Shown piece after piece: positions 1 through 10,384 of a stretch of DNA of 64,000 nucleotides (positions within the stretch are counted from its first letter, which is position 1; each line of letters opens with the position of its first letter). The translations under genes were made by a program, and so were the position numbers. The notes below the pieces were generated by a model. The model searched no databases. It saw only the letters and a program-made list of their open reading frames with translations, and had not been told where the DNA came from. This DNA comes from Verrucomicrobiia bacterium (GTDB lineage: Bacteria; Verrucomicrobiota; Verrucomicrobiia; Limisphaerales; UBA1319), in assembly GCA_963664225.1 (NCBI GenBank), contig OY760937.1:1152001-1216000 (forward strand). The letters are read 5' to 3'.

Positions 1-918
1 ACTGAAAAATGTAAGGAATTTGCCATAAAGACACGAATCCTCAAACGTTTCATCGCAGCCGCAGGCGTTCTGGCGGTCAGTGCGACGCTAATTCTGCTGG
101 TGCAGCCTGCCGCTCCGGCCACAAGCGAGTTTGAAACGCTTTCGGAAGTTTCAGTCTTAGAGCTGCCCCATTTGGCTGCGCGCATGGTGGCTGAAGCTCC
201 AAAGGGCGAACAAGGAGCAGTTGTCCGGGATTTACTGCGAAAAGTGGATACACTTTCAAAGCCTGGTATGATTCCATTTACAGTGAGCGCCATATCCCGC
301 GTAGCGCCTGACGCCGTCGATGTAACGGTGAGTACAGCGGCGGCACTCCAGCCACAGGATGCCCTGTATATTGCCAAAGCTGCGTTGAATGCGGCCCCCC
401 AAAAAACGGAGGCGATCATGGAGGCAATTTGCCGACAGGTGCCACAATCCTATCCCTGGGTGGCGGTGATGGCCATCGAGGCGGATTCCGGGGGGCGCGC
501 ACGAATTCTCAGAGGAATCTCGTCGGCCATTCCTGTTTTGGCACTGCCAATTGAGCAAGCCCAAAGGTATTGTGGTGATCGTCCAATGTCGGAGTTGATG
601 GAAAAGGTCCACGAGTTGGCGACGGCGGCTTATCAGGAGCAGATCGCACATCTGAAACGCACGGCCATCGAAAATGCCCTCCAAAATTCGGATGCCGTTT
701 CCGCATCGGGTCATGGCGATGAAGTTGACCAGATACCTGCGTCGATCGATCAGGGCGCCAACATGAACAGTGCCGTTCGCGCACGACTGGCCGCTCTGGA
801 CCGTGGAGTGACTCGCGAGTTAATGGAAACAGGTTTGATTCCTTCCTGCGCCAGCGAGATGGGTTACTTGATGCCGCGGCCAGACATTCAGCCGGATTCC
901 GGCGCGAAGGCTCCGTGA
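1..918 (+). CDS. Hypothetical, probably secreted, Ala-rich helical protein (5' end uncertain)
   Basis: The ORF track starts at 100, but the frame is open back to base 1. The extension adds a signal-peptide-like stretch, KTRILKRFIAAAGVLAVSATLILLVQPAAPA. No family recognised. Confidence 0.65.
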   Translation, partial: TEKCKEFAIKTRILKRFIAAAGVLAVSATLILLVQPAAPATSEFETLSEVSVLELPHLAARMVAEAPKGEQGAVVRDLLRKVDTLSKPGMIPFTVSAISRVAPDAVDVTVSTAAALQPQDALYIAKAALNAAPQKTEAIMEAICRQVPQSYPWVAVMAIEADSGGRARILRGISSAIPVLALPIEQAQRYCGDRPMSELMEKVHELATAAYQEQIAHLKRTAIENALQNSDAVSASGHGDEVDQIPASIDQGANMNSAVRARLAALDRGVTRELMETGLIPSCASEMGYLMPRPDIQPDSGAKAP

Positions 919-1061
919 ATTCGGGCGCCAACTTGGATGATGGTGGAAGTTTAAAGTGCGGCAATTTGATCTGAGTGTGTAACACCATGAAGTTTCTAAA
1001 GACAGGGCAATGTTGGATTCCAAATAAAACCGCTCCTATTGGAAAATGGGTGTCTTAGCGC

Positions 1062-3125
1062 ATGCCAACAATTCTAACTATCGAAGACGATGAGATTTTT
1101 CGTCGCGCCATAACAAAATACCTTGTTAAATCGGGCTTTGAAGTCGTGGTTGCTTCGACCGGGCGGGAGGGGATCGTGAAGGCCATGGAGAATAGCCCGG
1201 ACTTGATTGTGTGCGATCTTGCCATGCCGGGGATGGATGGCTTCGAGGTGCTGGCGGCGCTTCGCAAAGAGGATCGTCTTGCATCGATCCCGGTTATTTT
1301 TCTCAGTGGCCGGGCGGAGCCCAGGCAGGTTCGTGAGGGAATGAATTATGGGGCTGACGATTACCTGACAAAACCCCTCGATCTGGCGGATTTGGTGAAG
1401 GCGGTCAAAGCCAGGCTGACGCGGCGGCAATCTGAAAGGGAAAGGCAGGAAAAGCAGATTGAACGTGCGATGCAGCTTTTCTCGGGGATCATCCATGACC
1501 TGCGCGATCCGCTCTTCGCGGTTTTGGGATTTGTTGACAGGCTTAAGGAGGGCACCGCTCCGCCCGTTCAAAAACAGGGCGATTCCGGCCAGGTGATCGA
1601 TCAATTGCACCAAGTGATTGAACGAATGCAGTCCATCGTATCCCAAACGATGTTCCTGATTCGTTCCCGAATGAAACGGCTGCCATTTGATCCCGGCTCG
1701 TTCGATTTGCGTGAATTTTGCGATCGAGTGGTCTCGGACCATGATCAAAGTCAGCGTCTCAGGTTCACTTGCGCCCCGGGCGAATACCCAATCATCGCCG
1801 ATTCTCTTCGCCTTCGGCAGGCATTGGAAAACCTGCTTTCCAATGGGTTGAAGTATTCGGATAAACCTGTCGTGGTTCGACTAAGCACCGCGGTCGGCGG
1901 CTATTTACTGGAAGTCATGGATCAGGGAATTGGAATACCAACCGAGGACCAAGCCAGTATCTTTGAACCTTTTTTCCGCGCCTCCAACGCCGCCTTCAAA
2001 CCAGGCCACGGATTGGGTCTCAGTATTGTTAAGAGCAGCATCGATCAGCATGGTGGGCGAATCAGCATTGCCAGTGATGTCAGCAAGGGGACAACTGTCT
2101 CCATTGAACTGCCAGCAACGCCGCCTGAGGATTTGGTGCAGACTCACATCGAAGACCATTCCGAAGCTGTCCAGAAGCGTGAAGAAGTGCCAAAAATCGC
2201 AGGCGTTGGAGCAGGTGCAAACGTGCTTGTGCCGCAATTCGGCCTGGTGAATAAGAACACGGGCATCCCACTGAGCGGGCGGGGTAAAGATATTGTATCA
2301 TCTTTCCAGCCGGGATTCTCAGGGAGGGGTGGGGATGCCGGGTTTGGTGCATCGTCCGGGGGGCAAATCCCACCAGAAGGCCTCCTTAGGGCCATTATTG
2401 TTGACGATGAACCGTTGGTGCGGAGCGTGCTGCGCGATTTTATTGAAAAGTCGAATGATATCAAAGTGGTCGGCGAAGCTGGAACTGTGGCGCTGGCTCG
2501 TGATTTGACAAACCAACATAATCCCAATGTTGTATTCCTCGACATCAACCTTCCAGACGGCTTGGGGTTCGATTTGCTTTCCAATTTGCGGCCGCAGACT
2601 GCCGTCGTATTTGTCACGAGCACTGAGGAATACGCGATTCATGCGTTTGATTGTGAAGCGACGGATTATCTGCTCAAGCCGGTCAGTCTCGAACGTCTGC
2701 AAAAGGCATTGCTGCGTGTGAGACAAAACTTGCTGGTGGATGGCAAGCCGCTTTCATCTGTCAGTTCCAAGCTGGAGGAAACGTTTTTAGTAAAGACACT
2801 TGAAGAAAAAAGGTTGGTTAAGTTCGGTGATATCAACCGCATAATAGCCTATGGAGAGTATTCCTGGGTTCACTGGGCAAAAGGAAGGAGCGCGATGCTC
2901 AGGAAATCCCTTAAACAATGGCTAATGGAACTTCCGGGCGAGCAGTTTGTTCGTGTGCATCGCCGGGCCATCGTGAATCTTGCATTCATGGAGCGGATTG
3001 AGAAGATTTCTGGAGCACGGATGCAGATATATTTGCGTGACACGGAAGAACCCATTCTCGTGAGCCTTAGGCTGTCTCCCGGGCTGAATCGAAAACTGAA
3101 AGCGTTCAAGCCTGAGTCGGAATAA
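1062..3125 (+). CDS. Hybrid two-component protein: REC-HisKA-HATPase_c-REC-LytTR
   Basis: N-terminal REC (IEDDE...CDLAMPGMDG...KP), H-box IHDLRDPL, N/G boxes (NLLSNGLKYS, DQGIGIP, GHGLGL), second REC (VDDEP...LDINLPD...LKP) and LytTR tail (FVRVHRRAIVNL). Confidence 0.9.
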   Translation: MPTILTIEDDEIFRRAITKYLVKSGFEVVVASTGREGIVKAMENSPDLIVCDLAMPGMDGFEVLAALRKEDRLASIPVIFLSGRAEPRQVREGMNYGADDYLTKPLDLADLVKAVKARLTRRQSERERQEKQIERAMQLFSGIIHDLRDPLFAVLGFVDRLKEGTAPPVQKQGDSGQVIDQLHQVIERMQSIVSQTMFLIRSRMKRLPFDPGSFDLREFCDRVVSDHDQSQRLRFTCAPGEYPIIADSLRLRQALENLLSNGLKYSDKPVVVRLSTAVGGYLLEVMDQGIGIPTEDQASIFEPFFRASNAAFKPGHGLGLSIVKSSIDQHGGRISIASDVSKGTTVSIELPATPPEDLVQTHIEDHSEAVQKREEVPKIAGVGAGANVLVPQFGLVNKNTGIPLSGRGKDIVSSFQPGFSGRGGDAGFGASSGGQIPPEGLLRAIIVDDEPLVRSVLRDFIEKSNDIKVVGEAGTVALARDLTNQHNPNVVFLDINLPDGLGFDLLSNLRPQTAVVFVTSTEEYAIHAFDCEATDYLLKPVSLERLQKALLRVRQNLLVDGKPLSSVSSKLEETFLVKTLEEKRLVKFGDINRIIAYGEYSWVHWAKGRSAMLRKSLKQWLMELPGEQFVRVHRRAIVNLAFMERIEKISGARMQIYLRDTEEPILVSLRLSPGLNRKLKAFKPESE

Positions 3126-3246
3126 TTTCGAACAAGATGATGAAGCCGGGCCGGACTATGAATATGGAAAATATCCATCCATTTTGAGGGCATCTTCATG
3201 AGATGGGAATTTGGTGTCATCTGTTAATCAACGCGCAATTTTGCTT

Positions 3247-6200
3247 ATGCATGTTTGTCCTGGGCTTGTTTCTCTAATAGCTTGGCTCGCGGTTATTCTG
3301 GCCATGGCGGGGCATCGTCTGGAAGGGGCCAGCACATCAGGGATATTTGGCGGCGGGCCGTTTTATTCCGGAGGCACGCAAGTCATGAACGACCTGCGGG
3401 CCTCGGGTTTCACCACTGTGATCCTGTGGACCATTCATGTGAATGCCAGCACCGGAGATTTGATACTCAACGACCAGAAGGTGGCATCCAACGGCGCTTA
3501 TGTCGGAAATGCCACATGGCCCGGTCAGCTTGCCACATTGAAGCAGGCACCGACATCGGTCAGGCGGATTGAGGTGGGGATTGGATCGTGGGGTGTCAAC
3601 GATTTTCAATCGATCAAGACACTGATGGCCTCTCAAGGAACGAACACCAACAGCATTCTGTTTAGGAATTTTCGCGCGTTGAAAACGGCAACCGGGGCGG
3701 ATGCGATCAACCTGGACGACGAGATGCTCTACGACATTGCGAGCACGGTGAAGTTTTGCCTGATGTGCGCCTCGATGGGATATAAGGTTTCCCTATGTCC
3801 CTACACGAATCCCAATTTTTGGTCCGGTTGCATGACGCAAATCAATAGCCAACTGCCTGGGACTGTGGATGCGGTGTTTCTCCAGTGTTATGCAGGAGGG
3901 GCGGGGAACGATCCTGCATCGTGGAATAGCACCTTTGGTGGTTTTAAGGTGTTTCCCGGAATGTGGTGCCGTCACGGCAGTGCATGCGCGGAAGGCGACA
4001 ATCCGGCTACCGTTGCCAGCAGTATGGCGGCATGGAAGAGAACGGCTGGTGTGAATGGAGGGTTCCTTTGGCTGTATGACGACATGCGATCCTGCACGAG
4101 TGAAGGAACGACGGCCGATTATGCGCGCGCGATTAACTCGGCTTTCCGCCTGCCAGCGCCAAGCGGGTTGGCTGCAATTCCAGGAGGAGGCACGGTGCTA
4201 TTGACTTGGAATCCATCCGTCGGCGCGAATAGCTACAATGTCAAACGCTCGATATATGCCGCTGGTCCTTATGCGGCCATTGCAACAAATGTATTGACCC
4301 CCTGGTTTCTAAATACGGGACTTGGTCTGGGGACGCGCTGGTTTTATGAGGTGAGTGCGGTGGATGCCAATGGCGAAGGCATCAATTCGGTTTCGGTTGG
4401 CGCGTTGACCTGCAATGGACTGTTGCCTGCGGGCTGGTTGGACCTGGATATTGGCAGCGTTGGCCTGACGGGCACCGCCACGTACTGTGGCAACTCCTTC
4501 ACAATCCAGGCAGGAGGCAGCGATATTGGGAATCTGACGGATGGATTTAATTTTGTGAGTGCCTCAGCGTCCGGCAATAGTGCCATCATCTCACGCGTTG
4601 CATTTTTTGAAGAAACAGATCCCGGCGCCAAGGCCGGCGTGATGTTTCGGAATGATGCCTCACGCGGGAGCATGTTTGCGGATATTGTGGTGACTCCGGG
4701 ACAAGGGATACTGATGCAATCCCGGAATATCGCCAACGGTGAGTGTGTTTCGACCACGGTGGCAGGAATCAACACTCCAGTGTGGCTTCAGATGGTGCGG
4801 GATGGCGACACTTTCACTGGTTATTATGCGAGTGATGGCGCTAATTGGACGCAACTTGGGACGGTCAGTATTGCAATGGCCGGTAACGTGATGTCTGGGT
4901 TGGCTGTCACCGCACACAGTATCACCAATTCGGCCCTGGCAATCTTCGATTATGTGAGCACGGGGGCTCCTGCGATTCTGCAACCGTCAAGCCCCGTCAA
5001 TGTGATGCGTTCTGAAGGGGCCAGTTACACCTTTTCCGCAATCGCGAGCGCCGCACTTCCGGTTTATTATTCCTGGACTCAAGACGGAGCGGCTTTGCCC
5101 AATGCCAACCAGGCCTCTCTCACCCTGGTGAATTTGGCGCCGACCAACTCTGGAAATTATTCGATTGTGGTGAGCAATGCTTTTGGGTGCATCACCAACA
5201 GTATTGCAATGCTCACCGTGGTTGCCACAAGCAACAGCCTTTACCCTCGCACGATAGTGGCCGATCACCCGCTAGCTTACTGGCGTTTGAACGAAGTGGG
5301 AGGCAGGGTGGCTTACGACTACGTTGGCGGCAATGACGGCTCGTATTCAAATGTTTGGTGCGGGCAACCTGGTTATACGCCGTCGGACAAATCGGCGAGG
5401 TTCGGATATTTGTCGCGTTCGAACAGTTATGTCACCATCTCGTCGGTGAACTTCGCCACCCCCGCAAATGCGGCGTTTTCGGTGGAGGCATGGGCGAATG
5501 GAATCGCACAGACCAACGACAGCGGCATCCTTGCGAAAGGCACAGGCGCGGGCGGCGAGCAGTTCAACCTTGACTGTGGCAGCGGCAACCACGCCTTTCG
5601 TTTCTTCGTTCGCGATGCCGGAGGTGGCGTGCATCTGGCCAACACGAGTGTTGTGCCAAACGGCAAATGGCATCACCTCGTTGGCGTTTGTGACGAGGTA
5701 CACGGCAGGATCATTATTTATGTGGATGGGATTAGCGCGGGGCAGGGAACGATCACAGCCGGCAGCGGCTTGTTGGCGACTAGCAATCCGATGACGATTG
5801 GGGCGAGGCAATCCGGGGCGAACACCCCGTTCGATTTGCAGTTTAACGGCTACGTCGCCGATGTCGCGGTTTACAACTTTGCGCTCAACGCGGCCCAGGT
5901 GCAGGCGCATTACAGTGTGACTACAAATCGTCCGCCAGTTTTTACCGCAAATCCATTCACCGCGATGGACGCAATCGCCGGTCAGCCTTACAATGGCGGC
6001 ATTGCCAATTTCGCCAGCGATCCCAACGGGGGATTGCTGACATTTTCCAAAACCAGCGGCGCCTCATGGCTGAATATTTCTGCGGATGGAACCTTGTCCG
6101 GCACACCGCTTTCGGTTGATGTCGGCTCCAATGTATTCGGGGTGAACGTAAAGGATCCCACCGGGTTGTCAGCGAGCGCGGTGATGAATCTGAATGTGGC

Positions 6201-6408
6201 AGGCGCTCCGCCAATTACAGTGTCCGTGTCTACGCAGGGGACAAACCTGTTGTTGACCTGGACAGGTGGAATAGCGCCATACGGGGTGGAAATGGCGACC
6301 AACCTGACCAGTCCAACCTGGTGGCACATTGCGACACCGTTTAATGGGCACAGCATCATGCTCGTTTACAGCAATTCGGCTGCGTTTTATCGAGTTGGTG
6401 GACTGTGA
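3247..6408 (+). CDS. Secreted multidomain GH18-like glycoside hydrolase (FN3, beta-sandwich, Ig-like, LamG, putative Ig)
   Basis: Signal-like N-terminus; DAINLDDE resembles the GH18 DxxDxDxE motif; FN3 (PAPSGLAA...LTW...YNVKRS); Ig (YYSW...SGNYSIVVSN); LamG (AYWRLNE...WHHLVGV). ATG at 3247 chosen; the ORF track uses 3211. Confidence 0.8.
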   Translation: MHVCPGLVSLIAWLAVILAMAGHRLEGASTSGIFGGGPFYSGGTQVMNDLRASGFTTVILWTIHVNASTGDLILNDQKVASNGAYVGNATWPGQLATLKQAPTSVRRIEVGIGSWGVNDFQSIKTLMASQGTNTNSILFRNFRALKTATGADAINLDDEMLYDIASTVKFCLMCASMGYKVSLCPYTNPNFWSGCMTQINSQLPGTVDAVFLQCYAGGAGNDPASWNSTFGGFKVFPGMWCRHGSACAEGDNPATVASSMAAWKRTAGVNGGFLWLYDDMRSCTSEGTTADYARAINSAFRLPAPSGLAAIPGGGTVLLTWNPSVGANSYNVKRSIYAAGPYAAIATNVLTPWFLNTGLGLGTRWFYEVSAVDANGEGINSVSVGALTCNGLLPAGWLDLDIGSVGLTGTATYCGNSFTIQAGGSDIGNLTDGFNFVSASASGNSAIISRVAFFEETDPGAKAGVMFRNDASRGSMFADIVVTPGQGILMQSRNIANGECVSTTVAGINTPVWLQMVRDGDTFTGYYASDGANWTQLGTVSIAMAGNVMSGLAVTAHSITNSALAIFDYVSTGAPAILQPSSPVNVMRSEGASYTFSAIASAALPVYYSWTQDGAALPNANQASLTLVNLAPTNSGNYSIVVSNAFGCITNSIAMLTVVATSNSLYPRTIVADHPLAYWRLNEVGGRVAYDYVGGNDGSYSNVWCGQPGYTPSDKSARFGYLSRSNSYVTISSVNFATPANAAFSVEAWANGIAQTNDSGILAKGTGAGGEQFNLDCGSGNHAFRFFVRDAGGGVHLANTSVVPNGKWHHLVGVCDEVHGRIIIYVDGISAGQGTITAGSGLLATSNPMTIGARQSGANTPFDLQFNGYVADVAVYNFALNAAQVQAHYSVTTNRPPVFTANPFTAMDAIAGQPYNGGIANFASDPNGGLLTFSKTSGASWLNISADGTLSGTPLSVDVGSNVFGVNVKDPTGLSASAVMNLNVAGAPPITVSVSTQGTNLLLTWTGGIAPYGVEMATNLTSPTWWHIATPFNGHSIMLVYSNSAAFYRVGGL

Positions 6409-6421
6409 AAAGCGATTGCGG

Positions 6422-8824
6422 TTACTGCATCCCGCCAACGGCGATTGCGTAATTACGACCTTCCCAGCCTTGATTGCCTTTCCAGAAAAAGGTGAATTCG
6501 ATTCCCGCACCGTTGGACAGCGTTGCCGTTGGTAAATCGGCGAACCACAAATGAAGAATTTCTTCCCGGGTTGACTCCATGGTGTGGGTGCTGGCCCAGC
6601 CGTCATCCGACCAAATGATGGCGGCGTCAGAAGCGAGGATGATGCGTAAAATCTTTCCGGCAGGCATTCGGCGAAGAGGGTGGCGGAAGCTCCAGAATTC
6701 GTGCCGGCTTTTCACCGGATACGCCACGTAGCGTTGGAAGGCGGGTTCGACTCGATCAAAGCAGACTCCGTCATGACGACTGCGGACAAGCGAGACATAT
6801 TCCGCATGTGACCAGCAGAGTGGCATCGCCGCGCCGGTGGGATGACCACTTTTAAAACTTCGATCTGGAAGGTTGTCCGCATCCCAGATCTGTTCGGTGA
6901 GCATGCAGCCTGCATTGGCAAACTTCTCCATCGTCGTGATGTAGGGCAAGGGATCGCGTCCGGCTGCAAGTTCGTAATGACCGCGTTCACCCGTCAAGAT
7001 CGGCCAGCAGCGTCCCACGCCGGAGCCGTCAAAAGCACTGCCATCGGCTTTCTGGCCGTAACCGTCGTGGTTGTAGCGGCGCCAGCCGGACCCTTGCGGC
7101 AGGTCGTATTTCAAAACGCGATCCAGAACTTCAATCGAATCCCGCACTATGGGATTATCAGCCGCGCGAATACCCAAACGCACCATGTGAAGAAAATCGC
7201 CGCCGACAATGTTCCTGGCCGGATGGATTCCTCCGCCGTTTGCGACCGCAAGCATTGTGGTATTGGGATCGGCATGAGGATCGGGCGTCTTGGGATCGGT
7301 GGGGTTGATCCGGATGTAGTGGCGTGGAAAACCTTCCACCAACTCCCCGCGAGTTGTGACTGTCCATTCTTCAAGATGCGAGGCGAGCCAATCGGCATAC
7401 GTCAAAATGAGTTCCGCCGTGTTCGTCTTCCCGGATTGCCCGGCGAATTCCGCAGCGCAGACCATGCTGGCGATGACTGTTGCGAGCGTGGGAGGTGAGT
7501 AACCGGCATTTTCCTCCCAGCGTTCCTGGGCTGTTACCGGACCTTCCAGAATGAGATACGCCGCTGCGCGGAAAATCATCACACACGGATTGAAGAGACC
7601 AAAACTGATGCATTCATTGCGCAAACGCCATGCCAACAGTATGGGCGCGGCAATTTCATCAAGCTGCAAACCGGGCCAATACGCCTTGCCATTGATCCAG
7701 CTATTTTGTGGAAAACTGCCGTCGGCCCCCTGGATGGCCGCGAGCCAGATCAAAGCGCGTAGAGGAGTGCCGGTCTGACCCGAAGCAAGCAGCGCCGTCG
7801 CGCTTTGTACCAGGTCACGAGTCCAGACCAGATGATACCCGCCGAGGTCATTGTCATTCTTGGTTTCGCCCCAGGGGATGCTCATGGAGGCGACCAACGC
7901 TCCTTCGAATGTTTTGTCTTCGTGAGCGAGCAAGATGCAGCGGCTCAACCGATACAAATGCCCTCCATCTGTGGTGTGATCGCTGAACTCACATTGCGGA
8001 TTGATCACGGTGCGTTGCCACTGGCGGACAAACGCTTCTCGATGCGCATCAAACGGCTCGGCCAGGGATTGGAGCAGCTTTGTTGCGGTGCTCTGGCAAC
8101 TGCGTCCGAACGCGATGCCAATGGTAAATTCATCGCCATCCTCGAGATTGATTTCGCCGGTCAGCGCTATGTTACCGTCATCTGCCGAGCGAAATTCCCA
8201 ATTCATCCTAAAATTGCTCATCAAATCCCGCCAGCCGTCGCTGAAACCGACATAGCCGACGGAGCGGCGCGAAAAGCCGATGCTGGAACCCATGACCAGG
8301 TAAATTTCTCCGCGTTCAGCGTGGAGTAGTGTGTTACCACCGATTTCGGAACACCATCCGGAATTGCCAGCGCCATAACGCGCGAGGTGCGGGGCCAGCA
8401 GCGCGTAGAGGCGCAACTTGCCGCGCAACGATTCATCAAGCACTTCAACTTTCGTGTGAACGAGCAGTACGGACCGGTGTGGATCCGTCAGAACGTGTTT
8501 TATAATCCGGTAGCGTCCCTTTCGTTCGGAATTGGTGAGACGATAGAACAGACAATCGCGCTCCGGATATTCAAGCCGATGCAGCAGGTCGCGCTTTTCC
8601 TCGTGGCAGAAGGTTTCTCCATCACTGATGAGATATTGGAAATCGCGCGTATTGGGCTGATCGACATGCGGGTAATAAATCTCATTTACGATGCCGTGAC
8701 TGAGAGTAAACCAGAGACGACAGCTCGTGTGATACGCGGTGCCAAGACCCTCCTTGGCACTGGATGTCCAACGGGGCTCAATGCCCGGTGCGCCGAAAGC
8801 TGCTGGATGATCAGGGAGGTTCAT
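6422..8824 (-). CDS. Glucoamylase / glucan 1,4-alpha-glucosidase (GH15, glucodextranase-like N-domain)
   Basis: PGIEPRWTSSAK N-terminus, GGYHLVWTRD, QERWEE and LCWSHAEY motifs. Confidence 0.92.
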   Translation of the reverse strand: MNLPDHPAAFGAPGIEPRWTSSAKEGLGTAYHTSCRLWFTLSHGIVNEIYYPHVDQPNTRDFQYLISDGETFCHEEKRDLLHRLEYPERDCLFYRLTNSERKGRYRIIKHVLTDPHRSVLLVHTKVEVLDESLRGKLRLYALLAPHLARYGAGNSGWCSEIGGNTLLHAERGEIYLVMGSSIGFSRRSVGYVGFSDGWRDLMSNFRMNWEFRSADDGNIALTGEINLEDGDEFTIGIAFGRSCQSTATKLLQSLAEPFDAHREAFVRQWQRTVINPQCEFSDHTTDGGHLYRLSRCILLAHEDKTFEGALVASMSIPWGETKNDNDLGGYHLVWTRDLVQSATALLASGQTGTPLRALIWLAAIQGADGSFPQNSWINGKAYWPGLQLDEIAAPILLAWRLRNECISFGLFNPCVMIFRAAAYLILEGPVTAQERWEENAGYSPPTLATVIASMVCAAEFAGQSGKTNTAELILTYADWLASHLEEWTVTTRGELVEGFPRHYIRINPTDPKTPDPHADPNTTMLAVANGGGIHPARNIVGGDFLHMVRLGIRAADNPIVRDSIEVLDRVLKYDLPQGSGWRRYNHDGYGQKADGSAFDGSGVGRCWPILTGERGHYELAAGRDPLPYITTMEKFANAGCMLTEQIWDADNLPDRSFKSGHPTGAAMPLCWSHAEYVSLVRSRHDGVCFDRVEPAFQRYVAYPVKSRHEFWSFRHPLRRMPAGKILRIILASDAAIIWSDDGWASTHTMESTREEILHLWFADLPTATLSNGAGIEFTFFWKGNQGWEGRNYAIAVGGMQ

Positions 8825-8857
8825 GCTCCAATATTACTTGTTGCCAACATCAGAAGT

Positions 8858-9547
8858 TCAAATTGCCATAAAGTCACACATGTTGTATTTGAGCAATTCT
8901 CCAATGTGATCGATGCTGGCGTCTGCCGCAGGGCTGCCTGCCAGAATCTTTGGATCTGAGGCGTAATGTCCCTGCCGGACGAAAATCGTCGTTACCCTGC
9001 CTTTCCAAATGTGTTTGACCGCGGCCAGGATCCGCAGTTTGTCGTCCACGAGCACGTAATGATCGGCAGGGCAGTGCGCTTCCACGTCTGCCAGTTCGTG
9101 CTCTTTGTGCACATAAATCAGCGCGCGGCCATCGACCGCTTCATAAAGACCCGAGCGGTCGATTTTGCGAGGTTGAAAAACGACGTCGCCGTCCGTAAGA
9201 AGGACCGGGGGGCCCCACTTTGCGACGCGCTCGATGACGTCGAGTGAATTCGGGAAGAGCCGGTTGGCGAAAGGGTAGTTGATGAGAAATCGCGAGACTG
9301 TCAGCAATCGCAAATCGTGAGGATGTTCGCTTCGGTAACGCTGCAACGCGCCCAGATAGTCTGCGTAACCAAGCTTGGCGCGCAACTGCTCGAAAGTGTC
9401 CCAATAATGCTTCGCGTATTCTGGACCCACCTCGCCTATGAGATGCTTCCTGAGATCGGCAGTGACGCGGTCGTTGTCGAGCAATGTGTTATCCACGTCG
9501 AAAAGAAAAACAATTTTGCTCTTCCTTGGTTTTTTTGAATTTTTCAT
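8858..9547 (-). CDS. HAD-family hydrolase
   Basis: Motif I FDVDNTLLD and motif IV VDD. Confidence 0.85.
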   Translation of the reverse strand: MKNSKKPRKSKIVFLFDVDNTLLDNDRVTADLRKHLIGEVGPEYAKHYWDTFEQLRAKLGYADYLGALQRYRSEHPHDLRLLTVSRFLINYPFANRLFPNSLDVIERVAKWGPPVLLTDGDVVFQPRKIDRSGLYEAVDGRALIYVHKEHELADVEAHCPADHYVLVDDKLRILAAVKHIWKGRVTTIFVRQGHYASDPKILAGSPAADASIDHIGELLKYNMCDFMAI

Positions 9548-9954
9548 TCTAATTTGATTTGTTGCCTCTGCCTGATGAGAAAAAATCCGTTTATGCGGCC
9601 AATTCCTTTCGCCTGGATATGGTTCACGTGATGTCTCATGGCGGCGGGATCAGCCCCCGAACTCATTTCAATAGGACAGTTGCATATTGAGACACTGACA
9701 CATTCGGCACGCAATGGACTGAACACTTTCGAAAGCATCCCTCCACCTTATTATTTTAATCTTTGGAAGCCGTGGCGCCCGGTTTCCTTCGTAAAGGTAG
9801 CATTAGTTTGATCCCGTGCTTAGGAAATGTGAGTGGCAATTGGCTTCAGAACGTTTGCCTTGTTGTTCTTATGGCAGTTTTGTTTTCTAAATTCGAAGCC
9901 GGGCTTTTGCCCATTGTCGTTGCCTTATGGGGGAAAATACGTAGGGTTCCAGGG

Positions 9955-10248
9955 ATGGAATCGCTCACAAACGCGCAAACACGTTCGCTCAAGGCCCAGG
10001 CCCAACGGCTCAAGGCCACACTTGAGGTTGGCAAGGAAGGCCTCAGCACAAAGTTTCTCGCGGCTTTGGACGACGCGTTGAAGCATCATGAGCTGATCAA
10101 GGTGAAATTTGGTCATTTCAAGGAAGAAAAGAAGGAGCTTGCGCCTCAACTCGCAGAAAAGAGCGGCAGCCACCTGGTAACCCGGGTCGGTAACGTTGTT
10201 GTGCTTTACCGGCCCAAACCGGTGAAGTCGGACGAATCGGAACAGTGA
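9955..10248 (+). CDS. yhbY: YhbY/CRM-domain RNA-binding protein
   Basis: VGKEG, HELIKVK and RVGNVVVLYR motifs; 97 aa from ATG 9955. Confidence 0.9.
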   Translation: MESLTNAQTRSLKAQAQRLKATLEVGKEGLSTKFLAALDDALKHHELIKVKFGHFKEEKKELAPQLAEKSGSHLVTRVGNVVVLYRPKPVKSDESEQ

Positions 10249-10347
10249 TTTCCGGCTGCAAATAAGCCGTCCTTTCTCCGAAAGTCCGTTGTTTTCAGCT
10301 CCTGAAGGCTCGGAAGGCACTGAAAATTCCAAAAATTCATTTTTAAA

Positions 10348-10376
10348 TGAACCTTTTTCCGTTTCCGGCATTCAAG
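10348..10376 (+). promoter_or_regulatory. Putative ECF-type promoter TGAACCT-N17-TCAAG
   Basis: GAAC-type -35 and TCAA-type -10, ending 8 nt before the ATG of the ECF sigma gene. ECF genes are commonly autoregulated. Confidence 0.45.
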
Positions 10377-10384
10377 TAATTGGA

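Noticed and set aside
9548..9920. ~400-nt intergenic region as ncRNA or small ORF
   Set aside because: No recognisable RNA family or convincing ORF; adequately explained by divergent promoters.
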